Source: an uncultured Candidatus Binatia bacterium (GTDB lineage Bacteria; Desulfobacterota; Binatia; UBA9968; JAJDTQ01). From it: DNA of 64,000 bases. This document shows positions 10,012-18,995 of the stretch, one piece after another. Below the pieces are notes generated by a model, which saw nothing but the letters and a program-made list of their open reading frames with translations, was not told the origin of the DNA and searched no databases. Numbering within the stretch: the first letter of the stretch is position 1; every line of letters begins with the position of its first letter. The position numbers were made by a program, and so were the translations under genes. The stretch is taken from NCBI GenBank assembly GCA_965215605.1, contig OZ244070.1:3520001-3584000 (forward strand). Direction: 5' to 3'.

Positions 10012-11115
10012 ATGGCGAACCAGACCGCGATTCCCTGCACCATGATGCGCGGCGGCACCTCGCGGGGGCCGTATTTCCTGGCCGGCGAGTTGCCGGCGGA
10101 CGACGCCACGCGCGACCAGGTCCTGCTGGCGGCCATGGGGTCCCCCGACCAGCGTCAGATCGACGGCGTGGGCGGCGCCACCACCCTTACCAGCAAGGTC
10201 GCCATCGTCTCGCCGTCGGACCATCCCTGGGCGGACGTGGACTACCTGTTCGCCCAGGTCTCGGTGGACCGGGCTTTCGTTGACTACAGCCCCACATGCG
10301 GCAATATGCTGGCCGGCGTCGGCCCCTTCGCCATCGACCGCGGACTGGTGTCCCCGATCGACCCCAGGACGGTGGTGAATATCCGCAACGTCAACACCGA
10401 CTCCTTGATCGAGGCGGTGTTGGAGACCCCCGACGGCCATGTCGAATATGACGGCGATACTGCCATCGACGGGGTCCCCGGCACCGCGGCGCCGATCCTG
10501 CTCAACTTCATGGAGGTCATCGGCTCCAAGACCAGGGCATTGTTTCCCACCGGGCAACGGCAGGAGGTCATCGAGGGCGTCGAGGTGAGTTGCGTGGATG
10601 TCGCCATGCCCATGGTGTTGGCAACCGCCGAGAGCATGGGCGTCCGGGGTGACGAGAGCAAGGCCGAGCTGGACGCCAACCGCGCGCTGCTCGAGAAGCT
10701 GGAGGCGGTCCGAGTGGTGGCCGGCGAGAAGATGGGGCTGGGTGACGTCCGAGGCAAGGTCATCCCCAAGTTCGGCATCCTCTCCCGCCCGCGCCGGGGC
10801 GGGGCGCTGACCTCCCGCTACTTCGTGCCCACGGACTGTCATGCGGCCCACGCGGTCTCCGGCGCCGTCTGCGTTGGAAGTTGCGCCTTGGTCCCAGGCA
10901 CCGTCGCGGACGGCATCGCGGAAACCGGCGGCGGGTTCTCCGAGACGGTGGAGATCGAGCACCCCAGCGGCTCCATCACGGTGGCGTTCGAGTTGAGTGG
11001 AGTGGGCGACGACTTCGCGCTCGAGAAGGCGGGGGTGGTGCGCACCGCCCGAAAGCTGTTCCAGGGCCAGATCTACGTTCCTGGCAGGGTCTGGAGTACG
11101 CGGCCATGCATGTGA
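10012..11115 (+). CDS. PrpF/FldA family isomerase (4-oxalomesaconate tautomerase-like)
   Basis: MRGGTSRGPYF, QIDGVGGATTLTSKVAIV, CGNMLAGV, EHPSG and RTARKLF motifs. Confidence 0.9.
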   Translation: MANQTAIPCTMMRGGTSRGPYFLAGELPADDATRDQVLLAAMGSPDQRQIDGVGGATTLTSKVAIVSPSDHPWADVDYLFAQVSVDRAFVDYSPTCGNMLAGVGPFAIDRGLVSPIDPRTVVNIRNVNTDSLIEAVLETPDGHVEYDGDTAIDGVPGTAAPILLNFMEVIGSKTRALFPTGQRQEVIEGVEVSCVDVAMPMVLATAESMGVRGDESKAELDANRALLEKLEAVRVVAGEKMGLGDVRGKVIPKFGILSRPRRGGALTSRYFVPTDCHAAHAVSGAVCVGSCALVPGTVADGIAETGGGFSETVEIEHPSGSITVAFELSGVGDDFALEKAGVVRTARKLFQGQIYVPGRVWSTRPCM

Positions 11116-12280
11116 CGTTTGGCTGGAATGTTCGCGTTGCGGGGTACGTCATGAACGTGCGAAGCTCCACAACCTTTGCCGGGAATGCGGCCGGCCGCTG
11201 CTGGTCCGTTACGATCTGGCCCGGGCCGGCGAGACGTTGACCCGTGACAGTCTCCGGGGACGGGCGGCGAGCCTGTGGCGGTATCGGGAAGTGCTGCCCG
11301 TGGTCGACGACGCAGCCATCACGACCCTGGGGGAGGGATGGACGCCGCTGGTCCACGCCGGGCGGCTGGGCCGGCGGTTCGGCATGCCGCGCCTCCACCT
11401 CAAGGACGAGGGCCTCAATCCCACCGGTTCGTTCAAGGCCCGCGGCATGACCGCGGCCGTGTCCATGGCGAAGCAACTGGGGGCGGAGCGCCTGGCGGTG
11501 CCCTCGGCCGGAAACGCCTCCGGAGCGCTGGCCGCGTACGCGGCCAAGGCGGGTCTGGAGGCTCATATCTACATGCCCCGGGACGCGTCGCGGGTCAGCG
11601 TCGTGGAGTGCATGCAGTACGGCGCCCACGTCGTGCTGGTGGACGGCTTCATCAACGATTGCGGCCGTATCATCGGGGAGAAGAAGGAAAGCGAAGGGTG
11701 GTTCGACGTCTCGACCCTGAAGGAGCCCTATAGGGTCGAGGGCAAGAAGACCATGGCCTACGAGCTTGCCGAACAGATGGACTGGACCCTGCCGGACGCG
11801 GTGCTGTACCCGACCGGTGGCGGCACGGGTCTGATCGGCATGTGGAAGGCTTTCGACGAGATGGAAGAGTTGGGATGGATCGATTCCAGGCGCCCGCGCA
11901 TGATCTCGGTCCAGGCCGAAGGCTGCGCCCCCATCGTCAACGCGTTCACGGCCGGGGCGGACACGGCTGAGGCGGTCACCCAACCGGCCACCCTCGCCGC
12001 AGGACTGCGCGTGCCCGTGGCCATCGGCGATTTCATGATCCTGGATATTCTGCGAAGGAGCGGCGGCACCGCCGTGAGCGTGCCCGACGCCGAGATCCTG
12101 GAAAGCGTCCGGGAGCTTGGTTCCGCCGAAGGGATCTTCGCGGCGCCGGAGGCCGCCGCGTGCGTGGCGGCTTTGCCCAGGCTCCTGGAACGCGGCGATG
12201 TGGACAGGGAGGAGCGGGTGGTGCTGTTGATCACCGGATCCGGGCTCAAGTACCCGCACCTGTGGAGCGACCTTCCTTGA
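11106..12280 (+). CDS. thrC: Threonine synthase (PLP fold II) with an apparent frameshift just after the start
   Basis: LECSRCG...CRECG zinc ribbon, TLGEGWTPL, NPTGSFKARG, SAGNA and YPTGGG. The SD-preceded ATG at 11106 is out of frame with the body, with the shift at about 11118-11122. Confidence 0.8.
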
Positions 12281-13005
12281 AGACCTTCGTGGGAACCAGC
12301 GGCTACGCCTACAAGCCGTGGAAGGGCAAGTTCTATCCCGCCGGCATGCCGGACAAGGAGATGCTGCCGTTCTATGCCGGCCGGTTCGACACGGTGGAGA
12401 TCAACCACACCTTCTACCGCATGCCCGCGGACCCGGTGCTGGCGCGCTGGCGCGAGCAGGTGCCGGAGGGCTTTTCCTTTTCCGTCAAGGCGTCCCGGGC
12501 CATCACGCACCACGCCCGGCTCAAGCAGGCGGACGATGCCGTGGCCTTCCTGTTCCAGCGGCTGGAGTCCCTGGGAGACAAGCTCGGCCCCGTGCTGTTC
12601 CAGTTGCCGCCCAACCTGCGGCTGGACCTGCCGCGGCTTCGGGACTTCCTCGGCACGCTGCCGGGGGAACAGCGGGTGGCGGTGGAATTTCGTCATCCAT
12701 CGTGGTTTGACGAGGATGTGTTCGACACCCTCCGGGAGCACGACGCGGCGCTCTGCATCGCCGACGGCGAGCTGGATGGCGAGACGCCGTTGGTGTCCAC
12801 CGCCAGTTGGGGCTATCTGCGGCTGCGGGCGGTGGACTATACCGACGACGCCATCGGAGCCTGGGCGGAACGGGTGAGCGGGCAGACGTGGACCCATGGC
12901 TACGTGTTCTTCAAGCATGAAGACGAGGCCACCGGTCCGAGGCTGGCGGCCCGGTTCATGGAGCTCGTGAAAGAGGCGGGAGCCGACGGTGAGCCGGAGG
13001 CATGA
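12277..13005 (+). CDS. DUF72 family protein
   Basis: VGTSGYAY, TVEINHTFYRMP, LGPVLFQLPP, EFRHPSW and VFFKHE. The TTG start overlaps the upstream TGA. Confidence 0.88.
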   Translation: MKTFVGTSGYAYKPWKGKFYPAGMPDKEMLPFYAGRFDTVEINHTFYRMPADPVLARWREQVPEGFSFSVKASRAITHHARLKQADDAVAFLFQRLESLGDKLGPVLFQLPPNLRLDLPRLRDFLGTLPGEQRVAVEFRHPSWFDEDVFDTLREHDAALCIADGELDGETPLVSTASWGYLRLRAVDYTDDAIGAWAERVSGQTWTHGYVFFKHEDEATGPRLAARFMELVKEAGADGEPEA

Positions 13006-13026
13006 ATCGAAGGGGAGGAGAGTCCA

Positions 13027-13842
13027 TTGTCAACCATCGAGAAATGGCCCGACGGGGCCCGGGTCGCGGTCCTCGTGACCCCCATGTTCGAGACCTGGTC
13101 CGTGGGAAACGCGCCGTCGTATTCGCCCATGTCGTCGCCGCTGAAGCCCGGTGTGGTGGACCGGCTGGGGGTGTCGTGGTCGGAATACGGCGGCCGCACG
13201 GGGGTCTGGCGGTTCATGAAGATCTTCCGTGAATTCGAGGTCCCGGCCACCGTGTGCACCAGCGGCCGCTCGGTGGAACTGTTCCCGGACGCGGTAAAGG
13301 CCCTGCACGAAAACGGCCACGAACTCGCCGGCCACTCCTACAGCCAGGATACTTTCCTCACCGACCTCTCTGCGGACGAGGAGAAGGAAGTGATCGGTCG
13401 CTGCTTCGACCTCATCCAGGGCGTGACGGGAGTGCGGCCCGTCGGCTGGCTCAGCCCCAGGGCCACGCCCACCGAGCATACCGCGGGGTTTCTGGCGGAG
13501 GCCGGCTGCGTCTGGCACGGCGACTACAACGACACGGACGTACCCTACAGGATGACGACGGGGTCCGGGGATGTCGTGGCCATCCCCCACAGCGACTTCG
13601 CGGACAACCGGGTGCTTCGGGGCAGCCCGCGCGACTTCCTCAACGTGTACAAGGACACCTTCGACTTCCTCTACCGGTCGGACGCGCCGGAAATGATCAA
13701 TCTGACCGTACACGCCCACTTCGGCGGCCGGCCGATGATGTCGGCCATGCTGACCGAGATCCTCCGGTACATGAAAGGGTTCTCGAAAGTCTGGTTCGCG
13801 CGCCACGACGAAGTGGCGCGGTGGGTGCTGGAGCAGGGGTAG
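13027..13842 (+). CDS. Polysaccharide deacetylase family protein (PuuE/allantoinase-like)
   Basis: EYGGRTGVWR, GHELAGHSY, RPVGWLSP, HAHFGGRP and VWFA. GGAGGAG SD. Confidence 0.85.
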   Translation: MSTIEKWPDGARVAVLVTPMFETWSVGNAPSYSPMSSPLKPGVVDRLGVSWSEYGGRTGVWRFMKIFREFEVPATVCTSGRSVELFPDAVKALHENGHELAGHSYSQDTFLTDLSADEEKEVIGRCFDLIQGVTGVRPVGWLSPRATPTEHTAGFLAEAGCVWHGDYNDTDVPYRMTTGSGDVVAIPHSDFADNRVLRGSPRDFLNVYKDTFDFLYRSDAPEMINLTVHAHFGGRPMMSAMLTEILRYMKGFSKVWFARHDEVARWVLEQG

Positions 13843-13848
13843 GGGGCG

Positions 13849-14418
13849 TTACCCCAGCGGCACGTCGACGCCGTTGAGGGTGAGCTCCGGGACCACCTCC
13901 ACCGGGTTCCGCAAGGTGTTGGTGGTGTAGCAGGACCGTTCCAGGGCTTCGGTGAACTCGACGATGCGTTCCCGGCTGTCGGGGCTTTGCAGATCCAGCC
14001 GGTAGACCAGACGGGTGCAGGCCGACGGCACGTCCGACAACCCGAACTTGCCCTTCTGGTCGAATTCCCCCCGTACCGTCATCTCCGCGCGCTCGATCCG
14101 GATGTCCATGAATGACGCTAACTGCGTCACCTGGCTGAGCATTCAGAAGCCGATGGAGGCGACGAAGTACTGGAGCGGTGCGGCCCCCTTGCCGCTGCCT
14201 CCCCGTGACGGCGGTTCGTCGCAGAAGATGGTATAGCCTTCGGATGTCCTGGCCTCCTTCAGGTGGTCGTTGACCAGTTTGATCTGCGCTTCGTGCACCG
14301 TCACCGCCTTGGAGGGGTCCTCCCGGTAGGCCTTTTGGCGGCGCTCGAAGAGGGCCTTGTGGTGGCTGTAGTCGATGGAGCAGCAGCCCGGGTCGTCGGT
14401 TTCGTTCGTGATGACCAT
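13849..14418 (-). CDS. OsmC/Ohr family protein, predicted selenoprotein (TGA 14143-14145 = Sec92), 189 aa
   Basis: Track ORFs 14143-14571 and 13849-14142 are the same frame separated by one TGA: DEPPSRGGSGKGAAPLQYFVASIGF-U-MLSQ...LERSCYTTNTL. SECIS-like hairpin downstream. ATG 14418 has a GGAGG SD. Confidence 0.88.
14106..14134 (-). promoter_or_regulatory. Bacterial SECIS element of the OsmC-like gene
   Basis: mRNA reads UGA + 11 nt + GGUGACGC-AGUUA-GCGUCAUU, extendable by CCA/UGG. G is the second loop position. Confidence 0.8.
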
Positions 14419-14635
14419 ATTCCCTCCGTTTGGATACATCAAAGCCGTACTCATTCGGCCACGAGCCTTTCTACCACAGAGGGCGAAAGATGCCGAAAGA
14501 ACACACCCGTGCAGCGGTGGTGACCTGGGCGGGAAGACGGCGGCGGCGCTTAAAATCGGACCGGCTTTCAACTAACTTGTGGCTTTGGCGCGAGAGATGG
14601 TTCGAACCGCGCCCGCACATGCAAACAGGTGATCC

Positions 14636-15985
14636 ATGTCGCAGGACCTGAGAAGTTATCTGGACCTCGTGGAATCGAAGGACGAGCTGGTGAGGATATC
14701 GGCTCCCGTGGATCCGCTCCACGAGGTGACCGCCCTGGTGGCCAAGCTGGCCCGGGAACGGCGCCGCCGGCCGGTACTCCTGTTGGAGAACGTCAAGGGC
14801 AGCGCGCTGCCGGTGGTGACCAACCTCCATGCCAGCCGGCGGCGCATGGCGCTGGCCATGAACGCCGAGCCTCGGGATCTCCAGCGGGCGTTCCTGAAGG
14901 CGATGGAGCGTCCGGTGGCGCCGGTGGTGGTGGACACCGGGCCGGTCAAGGAGGTGGTGCGAACCGGCGCGGACGTCGATCTGCTGGCGCTGCCGCAGAT
15001 CGTCCACCACGGCGCGGACGCCGGCCCCTATATCACCGCGGCCATCTCGTTCGCCAGGGATCCGGAGGACGGTACCTGGAACTGTGCGTACAATCGCCTG
15101 ATGATCATGGGGAAGGACCGGACCTCCATCCACATCACCGCGTCGAAGCACCTGTGGGAGTTCTACCGGAAGGCGGAAGCCCGGGGCGAGGCGCTGCCGG
15201 TGGCGTTCGCCGTGGGGGTTCATCCCGCCATCGGCCTGGGGGCCCTGGCCATTGGCTCCATCGACGAGGACGAGCGCGCCATCATGGGCGCGGTCCTGGG
15301 AGAGCCGCTGGAGCTGGTGCGGTGCGAGACCTCGGACCTGCTGGTGCCGGCCCATGCCGAGATCATCCTGGAGGGCGAAATTCTTCCCGGCGAAAGGACG
15401 CCGGAGGGTCCCTTCAGCGAGTTCACCGGCTACAGCCTGGGCCAGCGCCAGCGCGAGGTGGTGCGCTACAATGCCGTGACCATGCGGGAAGGCGCCCTCT
15501 TCCACGACATCGCCGTGGCCCAGGTGGACCACCTGTTGCTGTCCACCATCCCCATGGAGGCGAACCTCTACCGGGCGGTGCGCGCCATCGTCCCCTCGGT
15601 GACGGCGGCGCGCGTGCCCGCGCCCTACAGCTGCTACGTCGCCATTAATCAGCGGGTTCCGGGGCAGGCCAAGAACGCCATTCTGGCGGTGCTGGGCGCC
15701 GACATGTACATCAAGCGCGTGGTGGTGGTGGACCACGACGTCAACATCTTCGATGACCGGGAGGTGGCCTGGGCGTTGGGCACCCGGTGTCAGGCGGACC
15801 GCGACATCACGGTGATTTCCAACACCCGGGGCTCGGACCTCGACCCCTCCACGGATTCCGACGGCTACACCGCCAAGTGGGGCGTCGACGCCACCGCCAA
15901 GCCTTCCCTGGATAAGTACACGCCGCGCAACCGCATCCCTCGGGACGTCATGGACCGCATCGACCTGGATGCGCTGGGGCTGTAG
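14636..15985 (+). CDS. UbiD family prFMN-dependent (de)carboxylase
   Basis: DAGPYIT, YNRLM, AEIILEGEI, EGPFSEFTGY and VVVVDHDVNIFD. Confidence 0.93.
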   Translation: MSQDLRSYLDLVESKDELVRISAPVDPLHEVTALVAKLARERRRRPVLLLENVKGSALPVVTNLHASRRRMALAMNAEPRDLQRAFLKAMERPVAPVVVDTGPVKEVVRTGADVDLLALPQIVHHGADAGPYITAAISFARDPEDGTWNCAYNRLMIMGKDRTSIHITASKHLWEFYRKAEARGEALPVAFAVGVHPAIGLGALAIGSIDEDERAIMGAVLGEPLELVRCETSDLLVPAHAEIILEGEILPGERTPEGPFSEFTGYSLGQRQREVVRYNAVTMREGALFHDIAVAQVDHLLLSTIPMEANLYRAVRAIVPSVTAARVPAPYSCYVAINQRVPGQAKNAILAVLGADMYIKRVVVVDHDVNIFDDREVAWALGTRCQADRDITVISNTRGSDLDPSTDSDGYTAKWGVDATAKPSLDKYTPRNRIPRDVMDRIDLDALGL

Positions 15986-17416
15986 TTGACCTCCCCGGCG
16001 CCGAATTTCGTCTGCCTCCTCGAAGAGACCGCAGCGCGTTTTCCGGAAAAACCCGCGTTGCTCTGTCCCGACGCGACCGTGACCTACGGCGGGCTGCAAC
16101 AACGCGCGGCCGGATTTGCGCGGGAGTTGGCGGAGGGCAACGTCGGGCCGGGAGACCGGGTCGCGATGGTGTTGCCCAACCACTGGACTTTCGTGGTGGC
16201 GATGCTGGGTATCTGGAAGCTCGGCGCCACCGCCGTGCCGCTGAGCCCGCTGCTGAAGGCGGAGGAGCGAAAGGCCATCCTCGCGGACGTGGACCCGGCC
16301 GTGGTGGTCGAACGCGTGGAGCCGCGGGAGGGCGTCTGGGACACGGCGACGGAGGCCGGCGCGCCGGCCCACTTCGGCTACAGTTCCGGCAGCACCGGCC
16401 GGCCCAAGGGCGCGGTGTTCAGCCACTCGGCGCTGACCTTCGCAAACCGCTCCTGGGCGGACATGATGGCGGTGACGTCCGCGGACGTGGTGCTGTCGGT
16501 GCTGCCGCTGCCCCATTCCTTCGGGCTCAACGGCTCGCTCCTGGCTCCGCTGATCAGGGGCGCTCAGGTGGTGCTCCCCGGAGGGTTCGTACCCGACCAG
16601 GTCCTTGCCGCCATGGAGGAGCGCCGCGTGACCCTCTTCCTGGGTGTGGCCACCATGTTCCGGCGGCTGTTGAGCGCGCCGGAGTTTGCCGGCGCGGACC
16701 TGTCTTCGCTGCGCCTGTCGGTGTCCGGCGCCGCGCCATGTCCGTGGGACTTGGCGTTGGAATGGCGCCGTCGCACCGGCCATCGCATCCTCCGGGGTTA
16801 CGGCATGACCGAGTTGTTTCGGCCCATCTCGTATCTGGCCTCGGAGGCGGAGGACCGGCCGGAATGCATCGGGCGCGCGGTTCCGGGCGTCGACCTCCGG
16901 GTGGGGGCGGACGAGGGCATAGGGTCCGGAGAGGGGGACGTGGGGGAGCTCTGGATCAGGACGCCGGCTGCGCTGCAAGGCTATTGGAACGATCCCGCCC
17001 CGGTGCTGGAGGACGGTTGGTTCCGGACCGGCGATCTCGCCCGGGTCTCCGCCGACGGGTTCGTGGAGATCACCGGGCGCCTCAGGGAACGCATCCTGCG
17101 GGGTGGCTATTCGGTCTTCCCCCAGGAAGTCGAGGCGGTGCTGGCCGAGCACCCGGAAGTTGCCGAGGCCGCGGTGGTGGGGGTGCCCCACCCGGAGCTG
17201 GGCGAGGAGGTGGCGGCTTTCGTGGTGGCGAAGGTGGGTACGGTCCCGGAAACCGGCAGCCTCGCCGCCTACTGCAAGGAGCGGCTCGCCCGCTTCAAGT
17301 ACCCCCGACACATTCGTGTCGTGCCCGAGTTGCCAAAGGGGCCGACCGGGAAGGTGCTGAAGCCGGAGCTACTGGAGGGGTGGCGCACGGAGAGAGGGAA
17401 GGGGGAGGAGCGGTAG
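15986..17416 (+). CDS. Acyl/aryl-CoA ligase (AMP-binding family)
   Basis: YSSGSTGRPKG, GYGMTE, WFRTGDL and LPKGPTGKVLK. The TTG start directly abuts the ubiD stop. Confidence 0.9.
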   Translation: MTSPAPNFVCLLEETAARFPEKPALLCPDATVTYGGLQQRAAGFARELAEGNVGPGDRVAMVLPNHWTFVVAMLGIWKLGATAVPLSPLLKAEERKAILADVDPAVVVERVEPREGVWDTATEAGAPAHFGYSSGSTGRPKGAVFSHSALTFANRSWADMMAVTSADVVLSVLPLPHSFGLNGSLLAPLIRGAQVVLPGGFVPDQVLAAMEERRVTLFLGVATMFRRLLSAPEFAGADLSSLRLSVSGAAPCPWDLALEWRRRTGHRILRGYGMTELFRPISYLASEAEDRPECIGRAVPGVDLRVGADEGIGSGEGDVGELWIRTPAALQGYWNDPAPVLEDGWFRTGDLARVSADGFVEITGRLRERILRGGYSVFPQEVEAVLAEHPEVAEAAVVGVPHPELGEEVAAFVVAKVGTVPETGSLAAYCKERLARFKYPRHIRVVPELPKGPTGKVLKPELLEGWRTERGKGEER

Positions 17417-17443
17417 GTTCCCCCGCCTTCCCTTCCGTGACGA

Positions 17444-18493
17444 CTACTTTTTCGCTTTCGTGACCAGGAAGGACAGGCTCTCCCTGACCTCCGGCGGCAT
17501 GTTGAGGATGCCGTCCACGAGCCTCTCCACTTCCGGACCCGACACGGCGGTGATGACGAGCTTGGCCTTCTTGGCTTCGGCCAGCATCTGCGGGTCCTTC
17601 AGGGTCTTGGCATAGGCTTTCCGCAGGATTTCCAGGCGGTCCTTGGGCGTGCCCGGCGGCAGCGCCAGCATACGCTGGAACGCCATCTGGAACGCCCACG
17701 ACTTGTACAGATCGAGGGCTTTTTTGTTGAGCACGTCCTTGAACAGCGGGATGTTCTGAATCTCCGGGTCCGGGTAGCTGTGGCTGTCGATGACGAAGGG
17801 AATCAGTTTCTGGTCGCCCTTGGCATCCAGCATGCTACGGGCGGTGACCCGCATGGACTCCCACTGGGAGCAGAAGCCATCAACCTCGCGGCTTTCGAGC
17901 GCCAGCCGTATGGTGGCGGTCCCCTGGTACCCGGTGATGAGCTTGAACTTGGTGCCCATGCCCTTGTTGAGAATCGCCGGGATGTCGTGGCCGGTGGAAC
18001 CGGCCCGGGTGGCCCCTATCTTGATGGGCTCCTTGGAATTGATGACGTCCTTCCAGGTCGTCTTGCCGGTGAAGGCCATTATCATGCACACGATCTCGCC
18101 CCTGCTGGGGGCGCCGACCCATTCCATCTTCTCGAAAGGCACCGCGCCGGCCTTCTTGTCGCCCAGGGCTTTCTGCACAATGAGCGAGTTGTTGAACACC
18201 GCGCCGCTGAGGCCGTCCGGTCTGGCCCGCCGGCCGATGTAGTTGGCCGAGATCAGGCTGCCGGCTCCGGTCATGTTCTGCACGAGCGTGGTGGGGTTGC
18301 CGGGCACGTATTTGCCGAAGTAGCGGGCGATCAGCCGTGTGTACGTGTCATAGCCGCCACCGGGTGAGAAACCCACGATGAAGCGGAACGTCTTGCCCTT
18401 GTAGAAGTCCTCGGCGTGGGCCGCACTACCCGCGAACACGGCGGATGCCAGGATGATGGTCACGGCCATGGAACGTAAACCCTTGCGTGTCAT
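17444..18493 (-). CDS. tctC: TTT substrate-binding protein (orphan TctC)
   Basis: Signal peptide, IVGFSPGGGYD, NMTGAGSL, GYQGT and PPGTP. Confidence 0.88.
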   Translation of the reverse strand: MTRKGLRSMAVTIILASAVFAGSAAHAEDFYKGKTFRFIVGFSPGGGYDTYTRLIARYFGKYVPGNPTTLVQNMTGAGSLISANYIGRRARPDGLSGAVFNNSLIVQKALGDKKAGAVPFEKMEWVGAPSRGEIVCMIMAFTGKTTWKDVINSKEPIKIGATRAGSTGHDIPAILNKGMGTKFKLITGYQGTATIRLALESREVDGFCSQWESMRVTARSMLDAKGDQKLIPFVIDSHSYPDPEIQNIPLFKDVLNKKALDLYKSWAFQMAFQRMLALPPGTPKDRLEILRKAYAKTLKDPQMLAEAKKAKLVITAVSGPEVERLVDGILNMPPEVRESLSFLVTKAKK

Positions 18494-18575
18494 GGATGTC
18501 CCTCCGTTCTGTGTGTTGCCGGTGTTGCCGGCGTCGCCGACGCCGAGCCCCTTCGCTACAGAAGTGGCGCGGTCA

Positions 18576-18618
18576 TGTCAAGGCACTCGTTGAGAAATGC
18601 CCGGGCCGGTGCTATGAA
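18576..18618. promoter_or_regulatory. Back-to-back sigma70-like promoters for tctC (minus) and the seleno-glutaredoxin (plus)
   Basis: Minus-strand TTGACA at 18581-18576. Plus-strand TTGAGA (18590)-17 nt-TATGAA with a TG extension. Confidence 0.45.
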
Positions 18619-18637
18619 ACCAGACACGGAGGCACAC

Positions 18638-18871
18638 ATGGCAGAATCCATCGTCCTGTTCACGCAGCCCGGTTGACCGCCTTGTCATCGAGAGAAGGAG
18701 TATCTTTCTCAAAAAGGCGTCGATTTCGTTGAGAAGAACATTCGCGAGGATCAGGAGGCCCTGAAGGACCTGCTGGCGCGAGGGTTCCAGAGCACACCCG
18801 TGGTCATCATCGACGGGGAGGCAGTGGTCGGCTTCGATCAGGAGCGGATCGACTCGCTGCTCGGGCTCTGA
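18638..18871 (+). CDS. Glutaredoxin/NrdH-like redoxin, predicted selenoprotein (TGA 18674-18676 = Sec13, UPPC), 77 aa
   Basis: MAESIVLFTQPG-U-PPCHREKEYLSQKGVDFVEKNIREDQEALKDLLARGFQSTPVVIIDGEAVVGFDQERIDSLLGL. GGAGG SD. Absent from the ORF track. Confidence 0.92.
18678..18719 (+). promoter_or_regulatory. Bacterial SECIS element of the glutaredoxin gene
   Basis: Lower stem CGCCUU/AAGGCG and upper stem GAGAAGG-AGUAU-CUUUCUC, directly after the UGA. Confidence 0.8.
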
Positions 18872-18995
18872 CACGGAGGCCGCGCCCGCGGCCTCCGAAC
18901 CACAGACGACATACTCTCTTTCCGGACCATGCTCGGGGGCCATGCCTTGGTGCGCGGATGGCGCGGCTTCCCGCGCAACGGGTTCCGGATCGCCG

